Shown piece by piece: positions 1 through 10,545 of a stretch of 64,000 nt of DNA. Position numbers and translations under genes: made by a program. Numbering within the stretch: the first letter of the stretch is position 1; every line of letters starts with the position of its first letter. The stretch covers positions 1,504,001 to 1,568,000 of the forward strand of contig OZ243972.1 in NCBI GenBank assembly GCA_965214705.1, given 5' to 3'. The notes beneath the pieces are model-generated. The model was given only the letters and a program-made list of their open reading frames with translations, ran no database searches and was not told the DNA's origin. This DNA is from Alphaproteobacteria bacterium. Its GTDB lineage: Bacteria > Pseudomonadota > Alphaproteobacteria > UBA828.

Positions 1-775
1 ACATACTCTGGACGATAGGGCGCACGAGCCGACCTGAAGCTAGTTCGTCATGGGCCACGGTGGTGCTAATAAGTAAGACCCCCTTGCCCTGACGCACGGC
101 GTCCAGGAGCAGCCCCGCAGCCAGGTGGGGACCGTCCACAGTATCGGCAGCGTCGAGGCCGATGACCTTCAAGAAAGTAGACCAATCCGGCCACTTCCAA
201 GCGTTCTCGATGTTCTCGCGGTGCAGCAGAGTGGCGCCGGCAAGATTGTCATCCTGGCAGACTTCCCGCCGGCACACGGGGAATATCTTCTCGGAGTCGG
301 TCAGTCGCTCGGCGACCGTCATCGCGTCGTCCTCGTAACGCCCCCAGCCGATGACCATATCGGCGTTCTTCGCAACCCTTACTCGCTCTGCCTTGTCGAT
401 GAGAATCACGTCGATTCCCGGGTGCCCCGCGCTGAAGTTGTCGAGGCGGGGAATGAGCCATGAAGACGCGAACATCGGCGGCACAAGGATCCGCAACTTG
501 TCGTAATGCGACGTCTGACGAAGCCGATCGACGGCGGAGGCGATCTGGGCGAATGCATCCTCAAGGCCGTTTGCCAGGCGATGGCCGTCAACTGTGAGAC
601 GCACGTGGCGGCCGCTCCTGGTCAGAAGGGGGACGCCCAAGGCTTCTTCGAGGTTGCTGATTTGACGGCTTACCGCGCTGGGTGTGACGACCAACTCGGT
701 AGCAGCAGCCGCCACCGAACTCAGACGCGCCACAGCATCGAATGCGCGCAGGGCATTGAGGGAGGGTTCATCCAT
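1..775 (-). CDS. LysR-family transcriptional regulator (GcvA-like), runs off window edge
   Basis: Manual translation from ATG at 775: MDEPSLNALRAFDAVARLSSVAAAATELVVTPSAVSRQISNLEEALGVPLLTRSGRHVRLT, a classic LysR HTH; absent from the ORF track because no stop lies in the window. Confidence 0.9.
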   Translation of the reverse strand, partial: MDEPSLNALRAFDAVARLSSVAAAATELVVTPSAVSRQISNLEEALGVPLLTRSGRHVRLTVDGHRLANGLEDAFAQIASAVDRLRQTSHYDKLRILVPPMFASSWLIPRLDNFSAGHPGIDVILIDKAERVRVAKNADMVIGWGRYEDDAMTVAERLTDSEKIFPVCRREVCQDDNLAGATLLHRENIENAWKWPDWSTFLKVIGLDAADTVDGPHLAAGLLLDAVRQGKGVLLISTTVAHDELASGRLVRPIVQSM

Positions 776-1165
776 CACGTTACATTCGTGCAATTATGGA
801 ACCATTTCGTAGCAATTTCTCCACAACTGAGCACACTCGGGAGCACGTATTGCCTTGCGACCAAGTGTCGAGCAGATTTTGAACTGACCGGCTTATGTGC
901 CAGATGAGTTGACCGCTTCGGTTGGTGTTGTTGGGCCTTGTGGATAAGCGCTCCACGCCTGTCCACTTGTCCACAAGGCCCTCGACCGGTCGCGTCGAAG
1001 CGTCTCACGTGGCCCGACGGGTTGGGGTGTCGGTGGGCTCGTCCGTGGCTCGGTAGCGGATTAGGCAGCGAGGGTCGTATGAAGACGGCCAACATTCCCT
1101 AATACTAGTGCACCTGACCGTGGCCTTGACGTAGTGGCGGCGATGACGCTCAGCGGGGAGTCGGT

Positions 1166-1185
1166 GTGTTGTGTTGTGTTGTGTT
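1166..1185. repeat. (GTGTT)4 microsatellite inside IS1202 remnant
   Basis: Four exact tandem copies. Confidence 0.9.
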
Positions 1186-1292
1186 GTCCGGTTGCAGTTG
1201 GTGCGGTCCTCCTGGATGCAGAGGATGTCGTCGAACGCGCCGGCGAAGCGGACGAAGGCTGAGCCTTCGGCTTCGGGGAGGGGGTACCCGAG

Positions 1293-3495
1293 CAGGGCGA
1301 ATTTGTCCAAGCCTGATTTTTGAGTTCTGCGCTACGAGTTGACCTTGGGTCTGGTCAGCGCGCGCCAACCCTGCTATGGATTGAGGCGACTGGATTCGCG
1401 GTGTTCTGCTGCGGATCGGCTTCGAGCAGGGGGACGGTTTCTACGGTGGATCTTTCCGAGGTCGATGTCGCTGCTGTCCGGCCGGAGGACGAGGCCCGGT
1501 TCCGCGCGCTGATGGAGGGGCATCACTACCTGGGTGCGTCTGCGAAGGTGGGGGCGACGGCGTGGTACGTCGCCCATCGGCGCGGCGAGTGGCTGGCGCT
1601 GGCCGTGTTTTCGGCTGCGGCGCGCAAGTGCCGGGCGCGGGACGAGTGGATCGGCTGGGACTTCCGCACGCAGCACGGGCGGCTGCATCTGATCGCGAAC
1701 AACGCGCGCTTCCTGATCCTGCCGGGACGGGGTGTTCCGAACCTCGGCTCGCGGGTGCTGGGGCTTTGCGCGCGGCGCTTGGCGCGCGACTGGCCGGCCC
1801 GCTTCGGCCACCCCGTGCTGATGCTGGAAACATTCGTGGACGCGGCGAGGTTCCGGGGCACGGTCTACCGGGCGGCTGGATGGCTGGCGGTCGGCCAGAC
1901 CCGCGGCTTCCGGCGCCACCGCTCGGGCTATGTCGCCGGCTCGACGCCGAAGCTTGTGCTGCTGCGCCCCCTGGTTCCCGACGCCTGCCGCCGGCTGTCC
2001 GCTGCCGGGCTGGATCGGGAGTTGTGGAAGAAAGGAGTTCCGAGAACCATGATCAGCGCCGCTCAGCAAGAGTCGCTCTACGCCTACTTCAAGGACATCG
2101 ACGACCCCCGCACGCGCAAGGGACGGCGGCATTCGCTGCCCAGCGTGCTCGCGCTTGCGAGTGGCGCGACGCTCTGCGGCATGCGAGGCTGGAAGGCCAT
2201 GTCCGAGTGGGTCGACGATCTCGGCGAGAAGGCGCTGGCCCGCTTCGGCGTGCGGCTGCGCGACGGGGTGCGCCGGCCGCCTTCGATGTCGACCATCCGC
2301 AATGTGGTGATCCGGGTGGACCCGGACCAGTTGGACGAGGCGTTGCGCAAGTGGCAGGAGGCCCACGGCTCAGGCGACGCGGCGCTTGCCATCGACGGCA
2401 AGACCCTGAGGGGGGCCATCGACGAGGACGGGACCCAGGCTCATGTCATGAGCGCGGTCGGGCACGAGACCAAGGCCACGCTCGCCCAAAAAAACTTCTC
2501 CTGAAAGTCGGGGCCGACGAGGAGACAAAGCGCACCAACGAGATCGGCACCGTGACGGCGCTGGTGGACCTGATCCCGAACATCGCGGGCAAGACGGTCA
2601 CGACGGACGCGCTGCTAACCCAGCGCAAGTTCGCCCGCTACCTGCTCGACCGGGGCGCGCACTTCATGTTCATCGTGAAAGGGAACCAGAAGACCATGCG
2701 GGACGATGTGACGCTGCTCTTCGAAGAGGCGCCGGAGCGTGAGCCCGACTTCGAGGAGGAGGCCGCGCTGTCGCACGGACGCATCGAGCAGCGGGCAATC
2801 TGGACGAGCACGGAGTTGAACGGCTTTCTCGACTTCCCGGGCGTCGGCCAGGTCTTCATGATCGAGCGCTCCCGCCAGGACAAGAAGACCGGCGAGACCG
2901 GCACCGAGACCGCCTACGGGATCTCCAGCCACACGCCCGGCACGGCCAACGCGCAGAGCCTGCTCGCCCTCAACCGCGGCCACTGGTGCATCGAGAACAG
3001 CTCGCACCACTGCCTCGACTGGACCTGGGACGAGGACCGCAGCCGCATACGCACAGGCTTCGGCCCCGAGAACATGACCCGCCTGCGGCGCTTCGCCATC
3101 GGCCTGATCAAGGGCCGGGGGCTCGAGGTCGCCTCGACCGTGCGCAGGCTCGCCCGCAACGTCCGCGCCGTCCTCGACTTCCTGAAAATGACCGGGAACA
3201 CCCAGCCGAGGACCGCAAAGCGCGCCGCGCCGGCCTGAACCCCGGCGCCCGGCAAGCCGGGCGCAAAGATCGTACCTGCCCTCGCTCCCGACCACGCCGG
3301 TGGCGCGATCCATCATGTCGGGGCACCGCCAAATCGCGACGGCACCGCCCGCACCGCCCACACGGTAATGCCAGAACCGTCTGACCGAACCGGATGCTCG
3401 GCCAGACCCCGCCGCAAACCCCGCAACAAAGCCGATCCGCACAACCCGTGGCCAGAACTCAACTGCCTACCAGCCGCTTGGACAAATTTGCCCTG
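1293..3495 (+). mobile_element. ISAs1-family insertion sequence
   Basis: IRs CAGGGCGAATTTGTCCAAGC (1293-1312) and GCTTGGACAAATTTGCCCTG (3476-3495); 10-bp target duplication GGTACCCGAG at 1283-1292 and 3496-3505. Confidence 0.95.
1446..3238 (+). CDS. DUF4338 (DruA-like)-ISAs1 transposase fusion, -1 frameshift at A7C (2488-2495)
   Basis: HHYLG, NNARFLILP, ETFVD, GTVYRAAGW (DUF4338); DPR..GRRH and AIDGKTLRG, then TTDALLTQ, VKGNQ, HGRIE, RGHWCIEN, WDED in the -1 frame. Confidence 0.85.
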
Positions 3496-4059
3496 GGTAC
3501 CCGAGAAGTGGGCGTTGTGCTGGGGCAGATAGACCTCCTTAGAGGAAGCGTGGAGGATCGCCCCAGTCATCATGGGGTTCAGGTCAGCCGGCTTCTGTAT
3601 TGTGCAGCCTTTGCTGGCGCCGCCGCGGCCCGACGGAACGCCCTCATGGCTGAACACGCAAGTATGGCGCATTGGCGCTTCATTGCACTCACGAATCACG
3701 AAGTCCTGCAGGGGCAACCGCTCACTGTCCGCACCGGCCGCCCGCGCCTCGCCCAGTAGTCCAGGCCAACTCGTTCGCATCGCCCAACCCCCCGTGAACT
3801 TGTTCTCTTCCTTAATCTAAGCCGCGCATCATACTCGCATAGTAACGCATGACAAGACCGTCGCGGAAGACGTTGCGCAAAGGATGAGTCAGGGAGATAT
3901 TCAAGCCGACAAGTGTAGAATAACATCTCTTGTGTATCGCTAAATTACGTCTTAAAGTATCCTGATAGTAACTTATGACCCACATCCGCAGTCGATGCCG
4001 CCGTTGCCCGAGAGGACGGGGCCTTGACGGAACGCGACGAAACGGCACGGGAAGCGGTC

Positions 4060-4210
4060 CCGGACCTGCCGTTGCCGGCTTTCCTGCGGCGCGCGAGCTT
4101 CCTCGACATGACTGCCGGTATCGTCGCCTGGCACGACCACCCGCTGTTCGCCGGAACCGTCACCCCGGAGGACCTTGCCCGCTACCCGTGGATCGACTTC
4201 GACTACCGTA
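4060..4210 (+). pseudogene. LysR substrate-binding domain fragment
   Basis: GIVAWHDHPLFAGTVTPEDLARYPWIDF resembles LysR_substrate. Confidence 0.5.
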
Positions 4211-4452
4211 TTGGCCATCTTGGGCCTCGCCGACCGTCTCGCTCAGGCGACCGACCGCCGCGACGATTCCCTCGGACTGGACATCGACGAGGATCGACTG
4301 CCCAGGAAGGTGCAACCGCACACCACCAGGAGCAGAGGCCAGCCCGAATCCAGTGCGCTCACGCATAGCCCGGACCTTTCCGAGCGCATCCACACCACGT
4401 TTCCCGTGCTACACTCTTACCTTTCGGCCCACGATCACAGAAAGGTACGACC

Positions 4453-4611
4453 ATGTCAGACGTCGCCACTCTCTCATCCAAGTACCAAATCTCGATTCCG
4501 AAGAAAATTCGGGAAGCTCAGAACTGGATACCCGGCCAGAAATTCGCGTTCCTTCCCCAAGGACACCACGTACTGCTTGTTCCAGTCCCCAAAGCCGAAG
4601 ATCTACGGTAA
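4453..4611 (+). CDS. AbrB/MazE/SpoVT-family antitoxin (52 aa, no toxin partner seen)
   Basis: MSDVATLSSKYQISIPKKIREAQNWIPGQKFAF; AAAGG upstream. Confidence 0.8.
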   Translation: MSDVATLSSKYQISIPKKIREAQNWIPGQKFAFLPQGHHVLLVPVPKAEDLR

Positions 4612-4711
4612 GCATCCGGCGTGGGCCATTGTTTCCGGTCGCGCGGGTTTCGGCCGGGTGGTAGCTTGGCTCCCTGGACCTTGAGTGTTCGTGGCGGTCA
4701 CGGATTACGAC

Positions 4712-4933
4712 ATGCTGGCACAGCAGATATCGTTGCTTCTCGAGTCCACCATTACTTGTCCGGCGTGCGGCCACTCCAAGGCCGAGACGATGCCGACGGA
4801 CGCCCGTCAGTGGTTCTACGATTGCCGTCATTGCGGAGCAGTTCTCAAGCCTAAACCCGGGGATTGCTGCGTGTACTGCTCTTACGCCACGGTGCCCTGT
4901 CCGCCGGTGCAACGGGGTGCCTGCGAACGATAA
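4712..4933 (+). CDS. GDCCVxC domain small Cys-rich protein
   Basis: STITCPACGH..ETMPTDA..FYDC..C..LKPKPGDCCVYCSY..PCPP. Confidence 0.85.
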   Translation: MLAQQISLLLESTITCPACGHSKAETMPTDARQWFYDCRHCGAVLKPKPGDCCVYCSYATVPCPPVQRGACER

Positions 4934-4943
4934 GAGCCGCAGG

Positions 4944-6530
4944 CTACGCGGCGATTGCCTGCTGTCGTCGGGCCTCCCAATGCCAGGGGAGGAGTTCGTG
5001 CAGGCGGGTCTGCGGCAGCCCGGCGATGCAATCGAGGACGTCGGCAAGCCAGGCCTGCGGGTCGACGTCGTTGAGCTTGGCCGTGCCGATGAGGGTGTAC
5101 ATCACCGCCGCCCGCTCGCCGCCGCGATCGGAGCCGCAGAACAGCCATGATTTGCGTCCGAGACAGATGCCGCGCAGCGCCCTCTCTGCGGCGTTGTTGG
5201 TCAGGCAGATGCGGCCATCGTCGAGGAAGCGGGTGAAGCCGTCCCAGCGCTTCAACATGTAATCCATCGCCTTGGCCACGGCGGCGTGGCGCGAGAGCCC
5301 AGCGCGCTCCGTGCGCATCCAGTCCTCGAGCGCGGCGACAAGCGGCGCACTCCGCTCCCGGCGCACGGCAAGACGCCACTCGGCACTCTCGCCGTTGATC
5401 GCACGCTCGATATCGAAAATCGCGTCGATCCGCGTCACCGCCTCCAGCGCCAGCGGCGAGATCGGCGGCGCGCTCTTGCCGCGCCTCTTGCCGGCCGCGA
5501 TGTCGGCGAGCTCATAGAACTTGCGCCGGCCATGGCTCCAGCAGAGCGCCTCGGACACGGATCCAGGAGAACGGCTGGGCTCGTAGAGCCGACGGTAGCC
5601 GGCATAGGCGTCGGCCTGCAGAATCCCGGCGAAGGTCCGGAGGTGCTCGACCGGGTGATCGCCCGAGCGATCCCGGGAATAGCGGAACAGCGCCGCCGGC
5701 GGGTCTGGACCGGCGAACGGCTTATCGTCGCGCACATAGACCCAGGCTCGCGCCGTGTCCGTCTTGCCCTTGGCCAGCACCGGCACAGGCGTGTCGTCTC
5801 CGTGCAGGCGTTTTGCCGCCAGCACGTGGGCCTCGATCAGGTCGTGCAACGGCTTCAGCGCCACGGCACACGCACCCACCTGGTCAGCCAGCGTCGAGGT
5901 GCTCAGATCGATCCCTTCGCGGGCGTAGCGATCTCTTTGCCGGTTCAGAGGCTGATGCTGCCCGTACTTCTCGAAGAGGATCGTCGCCAGAAGGTTGGGA
6001 CCCGCCCAGCCGCGCGGCGTCGCATGGAACGGCGCCGGCGGCTGGGAGATCTTCTCGCACTCCCGACACGTGAACTTCTCCCGCACCGTCTGGATCACCT
6101 TCCACCGGCGCGGGATCACCTCCAGCGTCTCCGTCACGTCCTCGCCAATCTTCGACAGCCGCTCCGATCCACAGCAGGAGCAGGCCGTCGGCCCCGGCAC
6201 CACCACCCGTTCGCGCGGCAGATGCTCGGGGAAGGGCTTGCGCGAAGGCTTGCGGCGGGCGAACGCCTTCACCTCGGTGGTCTGCGACGCCGCCTTCTCG
6301 GCCGCGAGATCGTCCTCTGTCGCGCTCGCTGTGAGCTCGTCCAGGGCAAGCTCAAGCTGGTCGAGCAGGCGCTCCTTGCGCTCGGACCGCTGCCCGTAGA
6401 GTGCGCGGCGCAGCTTCTCGATCATCAGCGTCAGGGAAGCGATCTGCGCCTCGGCCGCCGTCGCCCGCGCCTGCGACGCCGCAAGCGCGGCCTCAAGGGC
6501 TGCAATGTTACGTCGGGCCGTTCCGGTCAT
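4944..6530 (-). CDS. tnpC: IS66 transposase TnpC (solo copy; no tnpA/tnpB or IRs seen)
   Basis: LYGQRSE, HGDDTPV, LQADAYAGY, CWSHGRRKF, TNNAAERALR; close paralogue of 7869-9455. Confidence 0.95.
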   Translation of the reverse strand: MTGTARRNIAALEAALAASQARATAAEAQIASLTLMIEKLRRALYGQRSERKERLLDQLELALDELTASATEDDLAAEKAASQTTEVKAFARRKPSRKPFPEHLPRERVVVPGPTACSCCGSERLSKIGEDVTETLEVIPRRWKVIQTVREKFTCRECEKISQPPAPFHATPRGWAGPNLLATILFEKYGQHQPLNRQRDRYAREGIDLSTSTLADQVGACAVALKPLHDLIEAHVLAAKRLHGDDTPVPVLAKGKTDTARAWVYVRDDKPFAGPDPPAALFRYSRDRSGDHPVEHLRTFAGILQADAYAGYRRLYEPSRSPGSVSEALCWSHGRRKFYELADIAAGKRRGKSAPPISPLALEAVTRIDAIFDIERAINGESAEWRLAVRRERSAPLVAALEDWMRTERAGLSRHAAVAKAMDYMLKRWDGFTRFLDDGRICLTNNAAERALRGICLGRKSWLFCGSDRGGERAAVMYTLIGTAKLNDVDPQAWLADVLDCIAGLPQTRLHELLPWHWEARRQQAIAA

Positions 6531-6769
6531 GGCGCGGGGAGCGAATCAGATTCGCCCGCTCCACCACGTATCGGATCCAAATGTTGGGCATCTGCCGCGG
6601 AATTTGGGTTGTTGAAGCGCACAGGGGGCAGATCTGCAAGACCCAGGACCGCTTCGGGGCGAATGATCTCACAATGCCCATCGACAACGACCAAGAATGC
6701 ACGGAGAATGACGTGGTGATCGGCATGTTCGTGGGGAATGGATTGCGGGAAAGAGGTGCCCGGATGAGG

Positions 6770-6975
6770 TGAGCGCGGGAATGAGGGGCACGCCCGCGGG
6801 AATCGTGTTCTCGACGTGCGTGATCGTGCCGGGCCAATCGGCCTCGTCGAGACGTGCGCGAACTACAATGAGCTGATCTCGGGGAACGATGCGTGAGAGT
6901 AGAATCGTCATCGCCTGGCTGTCCTCGTTGCCCGAGGAGTTGATTGCGGCCAGGGCACTGTCACCAATCTGCTGC
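6770..6975 (-). pseudogene. PAPS-reductase-family protein N-terminal remnant
   Basis: ALAAINSSGNEDSQAMTILLSRIVPRDQLIVV..WPGTITHVENTIP, a decayed SGGKDS PP-loop. Confidence 0.6.
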
Positions 6976-7226
6976 CGGCACTTTCAGGTTGATTCTCAGA
7001 GAGTCTTCCCGACGAAGTTTCTTGGGAAGGAATGAGCACACGGACGTTTGGTCGCTGGTCTTCGAAGGGCTGACGCAATATTGCGCGCCATACCGCCAAC
7101 ATTGCAGATGCCGACTCTGACTCCAGTGCCAGAATATTCGGCGACGTTTGCGGGTGGCGTTTCGTCGTCTCTTTGATGTAAGAACGCCCTAATTCGGATC
7201 GGACGGCAGCTTGGGGGAGAAAATTC

Positions 7227-7514
7227 ATGGCCACGGCATCTTCGATCCATATCGATGAAAGCGCGCTTACCAAGGGGCAGCGTCGCAAGCTCAACGCCCT
7301 CCGAAAATCAGTGGGCAATGAGGTCGGCGAGAGAGCCTTCTCCGAGTGGCTGGCGCAACAGGATGCGGGGAAAGGGCAGTTGGACGCGAACGCGGCGCTG
7401 ATCGTGGATACCCTCTGGCCACTGGTGCAACAGGGCACGCTCTCCATCCCGCGGGGCGGCTACCTGCTCCGGCGTGGGCGCGGACGCATTATCGTCGAGC
7501 CGGCACGGTCGTAG
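7227..7514 (+). CDS. hypothetical protein (95 aa)
   Basis: GGGGGAGA RBS, ATG, protein-like composition. Confidence 0.7.
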   Translation: MATASSIHIDESALTKGQRRKLNALRKSVGNEVGERAFSEWLAQQDAGKGQLDANAALIVDTLWPLVQQGTLSIPRGGYLLRRGRGRIIVEPARS

Positions 7515-7868
7515 CCTCGGACGACGCGCCGCGATCCCCGGCGCCGGCCGCGGCACGGTCCGGATAGGGCGGAGCCCGCTTCAGTCGGCGCTGCTCCGAC
7601 CCCGCGCTCCTCCCAGCCCGAGGATCGGGAACTCCCTGAAGACGATACGCCGGTCATCGTTCCGGCATTCGTGCCGTTGGATGGTGCCGCTCAGGCCCCC
7701 CGAGCTGTAGCCAGGTGTCCCCCGTCGAGCGTTGCCGGACATCGCGCCTGCCGTGCCCGATCCCAACGAGGGTCAGTTCGTTGGTGAGCATCCGGTGAAG
7801 GCCGCGCTGCATTCGGCATGGTTTTGCCGGCGCTGGACGCCCAGTCGGTCTCGAGTGGAGAGCGCCGG

Positions 7869-9455
7869 CTACGCGGCCAGGGCCTGCTGACGGTCGGCCT
7901 TCCAGTGCCAAGGGAGGAGTTCCGGCAGACGGGTCTGCGGCATCTCGGCGATGCGATCGAGGACGTCGGCGAGCCAGGCCTGCGGGTCGACGTCGTTGAG
8001 CTTGGCGGTGCCGATCAGGGTGTACATCACAGCGGCCCGCGCGCCGCCACGATCGGAGCCGGCGAAGAGCCATGACCTGCGTCCGAGACAGAGCGGCCTG
8101 AGCGCCCGCTCTGCGGCGTTATTGGTGAGGCAGATGCGGCCATCATCGAGGAAGCGGGCGAAGCCGTCCCAGCGCTTCAACATGTAATCCATCGCCTTGG
8201 CCACGGCGGCGTGGCGCGAGAGCCCGGCACGCTCGGTGCGCATCCAGTCTTCGAGCTCCGCGACGAGCGGCGCGCTCCGTTCCCGGCGCACGGCCAGGCG
8301 CCGCTCGGCACTCTCGCCGTTGATCGCACGCTCGATATCGAAGATCGCGTCGATGCGCTTCACAGCCTCCAAAGCCAGCGGCGAGATCGGCGGCGCCCGC
8401 TTGCCGCGCCTCTTGCCGGCCGCGATGTCGGCGAGCTCATAGAACTTGCGCCGGCCATGGCTCCAGCAGAGCGCCTCGGTCACGGGTCCAGGAGAACGGC
8501 TGGGCTCGTAGAGCCGGCGGTAGCCGGCATAGGCGTCGGCCTGCAGGATCCCGGCGAAGGTCCGGAGGTGCTCGACCGGGTGATCGCCCGAGCGATCCCG
8601 GGAATAGCGGAACAGCGCCGCCGGCGGGTCCCGACCGGCGAACGGCTTGTCATCACGCACATAGACCCAGGCTCGCGCCGTGTCCGTCTTGCCCTTGGCC
8701 AGCACCGGCACAGGGGTATCGTCGCCGTGCAGGCGTTTTGCCGCCAGCACGTGGGCCTCGATCAGGTCATGCAGCGGCTTCAGCGCCACGGCACACGCGC
8801 CCACCTGGTCGGCCAGCGTCGAGGTGCTGAGATCGATCCCTTCGCGGGCGTAGCGATCTCTTTGCCGGTTCAGAGGCTGATGCTGCCCGTACTTCTCGAA
8901 GAGGATTGTCGCCAGCAGGTTGGGCCCCGCCCAGCCGCGCGGCGTCGCGTGGAACGGCGCCGGCGGTTGGGAGATCTTCTCGCAATCCCGGCAGCTGAAC
9001 TTCTCGCGCACCGTCTGGATCACCTTCCACCGGCGCGGGATCACCTCCAGCGTCTCGGTCACGTCCTCGCCCACCTTCGACAGCCGCTCCGACCCGCAAC
9101 ACGTGCAGGACGTGGGCCCCGGCACCACCACGCGCTCGCGCGGCAGATGATCGGGGAAGGGCTTGCGCGAAGGCTTGCGGCGGACGAAGCCCTTCACCTC
9201 AGTGGTCTGCGACGCAGCCTTCTCGGCCGCGAGATCGTCCTCGCTGGCGTCGGCCGTGAGATCGTCGAGGGCGAGCTCAAGCTGATTGAGAAGACGCTCC
9301 TTGCGCTCGGACCGCTGCCCGTAGAGTGCGCGGCGCAGCTTCTCGATCATTAGCTTCAGAGAAGCGATCTGCGCCTCGGCCGCCGACACCCGCGCCTGCG
9401 ATGCCGCAAGGGCTGCTTCGAGGGCTTCAAAGTCGCAGCGGGCCGTACCGGTCAT
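7869..9455 (-). CDS. tnpC: IS66 transposase TnpC
   Basis: Same DDE motifs as 4944-6530. Confidence 0.95.
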   Translation of the reverse strand: MTGTARCDFEALEAALAASQARVSAAEAQIASLKLMIEKLRRALYGQRSERKERLLNQLELALDDLTADASEDDLAAEKAASQTTEVKGFVRRKPSRKPFPDHLPRERVVVPGPTSCTCCGSERLSKVGEDVTETLEVIPRRWKVIQTVREKFSCRDCEKISQPPAPFHATPRGWAGPNLLATILFEKYGQHQPLNRQRDRYAREGIDLSTSTLADQVGACAVALKPLHDLIEAHVLAAKRLHGDDTPVPVLAKGKTDTARAWVYVRDDKPFAGRDPPAALFRYSRDRSGDHPVEHLRTFAGILQADAYAGYRRLYEPSRSPGPVTEALCWSHGRRKFYELADIAAGKRRGKRAPPISPLALEAVKRIDAIFDIERAINGESAERRLAVRRERSAPLVAELEDWMRTERAGLSRHAAVAKAMDYMLKRWDGFARFLDDGRICLTNNAAERALRPLCLGRRSWLFAGSDRGGARAAVMYTLIGTAKLNDVDPQAWLADVLDRIAEMPQTRLPELLPWHWKADRQQALAA

Positions 9456-9534
9456 GGGGCGCGGAGCGAATCAGATTCGCTGACCCTTGGCAATTGCTAA
9501 TCGCGATGGACCATCCAGATCGTGTTGCCGGGGC

Positions 9535-9882
9535 TCAGCCCGCCCGCGACGGCCGCCAGGTCCGCACCGGATTGCGCCAATCGATCCCCTCCAACAGGTA
9601 GCCGAGCTGCGCCGCGCTAATCGATACCGCGCCGCCAGCTGTCGACGGCCAGGGGAACCGTCCCCGCTCCAGACGCTTGGTGTAGAGCGAGGTGCCGACG
9701 CCGTCGTGCCACAAAATTTTGACGAGGTCGCCTCTGCGTCCGCGGAAGACATAGAGATCCCCCACATGGGGATCGCGTCCGAGGTCCTGCTGGACCTGCA
9801 GAGCCAGCGTGTTCATGCCGCGCCGCATGTCTGTCACGCCGGTCGCAAGCCACACCCGCACACCGCTCGGAACCGGGATCAT
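9535..9882 (-). CDS. tnpB: IS66 accessory protein TnpB
   Basis: VWLATGVTDMRRG..KILWHDG..KRLERGRFPWP. Confidence 0.95.
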   Translation of the reverse strand: MIPVPSGVRVWLATGVTDMRRGMNTLALQVQQDLGRDPHVGDLYVFRGRRGDLVKILWHDGVGTSLYTKRLERGRFPWPSTAGGAVSISAAQLGYLLEGIDWRNPVRTWRPSRAG

Positions 9883-10307
9883 CGCCGCTCCAGCACCGCG
9901 ATCACACGCGCCAGTGCCGAGGCGTCGACCGCCCGATCGACGATCACCCGGCGATCGCCCGAAAGCACGATCTCCATTCGCCCAGAAGCCGGCGCTCCCT
10001 CCGCGACGTCATCGTCGGACTGCGGGCTCATCGCCGCAGCTCCCGCCTCATGGCTTGGTGCCCCCTCGACGACGACCGGGACAAACCGGGCGACCCCGCC
10101 GACGCGTTCAGCCTCGCGAAACAGACGCCGCCACCTGAAAATCTGATTAGCGTTGAGGTTGTAGCGCTGGGCCACCATCGGCACCGAAACTCCAGGCTCG
10201 TGGGTCTCCGCCACGATCTGCCGCTTCTGTGCCTCGCTCCACCGCCGACGACGGCGACCAACCGATCCGACGCCAGCCTCGCCCGCCTTCTCCTCGCCAA
10301 CTGACAT
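9879..10307 (-). CDS. tnpA: IS66 accessory protein TnpA
   Basis: RRRWSEAQKRQIVAET..VAQRYNLNANQIFRWRR HTH. Confidence 0.9.
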   Translation of the reverse strand: MSVGEEKAGEAGVGSVGRRRRRWSEAQKRQIVAETHEPGVSVPMVAQRYNLNANQIFRWRRLFREAERVGGVARFVPVVVEGAPSHEAGAAAMSPQSDDDVAEGAPASGRMEIVLSGDRRVIVDRAVDASALARVIAVLERR

Positions 10308-10420
10308 CAGCTAAGCGTCCAACTAAATCGAAGTGGACACTTACGAAGCACCCACTACCCGAGCGCTCAGCCTGCCAAAACTCCCCCGTTTCAAACAGAC
10401 GGCCTACGCCGAATGGTTAC

Positions 10421-10545
10421 GGAGCTCCGTCGCTTGGGCGAGGAACTCACACACCATGAGGCCAGCAGTCGCCAAGCCTTGGCAATCATACGGCTGCTGC
10501 TGCTCACCTGATGCCGAAAGAGCGCGGTACTCACGCTGAAAGGAC
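10421..10545 (+). pseudogene. tyrosine integrase catalytic-domain remnant
   Basis: ELRRLGEEL..ALAIIRLLLLT*CRKSAVLTLK (box I with a stop in place of G). Confidence 0.6.

Larger units (their letters stand above)
866..3550 (-). pseudogene. IS1202-group (ISNCY) transposase 3' remnant plus right end, interrupted by ISAs1
   Basis: End TGTCGAGCA..GAACTGACCG..GAGTTGACCG at 866. Fragments EVYLPQHNAHF (right of ISAs1) and PEAEGSAFVRFAGAFDDILCIQEDR..RHYVKATVR (left) become contiguous once ISAs1 is removed. Confidence 0.75.
7784..10420 (-). mobile_element. IS66-family element (tnpA-tnpB-tnpC)
   Basis: Imperfect IRs GTGAGCATCCGGTGAAGGCCG (7784) and CGGCCTACGCCGAATGGTTAC (ends 10420); no 8-bp target duplication. 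Confidence 0.9.

Noticed and set aside
840-870. XerC/D (dif-like) site beside the IS1202 ends
   Set aside because: No CATAA-N6-TTATG pattern next to 866, 62294 or 63739
125-907. Plus-strand ORFs 125-463 and 506-907
   Set aside because: Antisense shadows of the LysR gene
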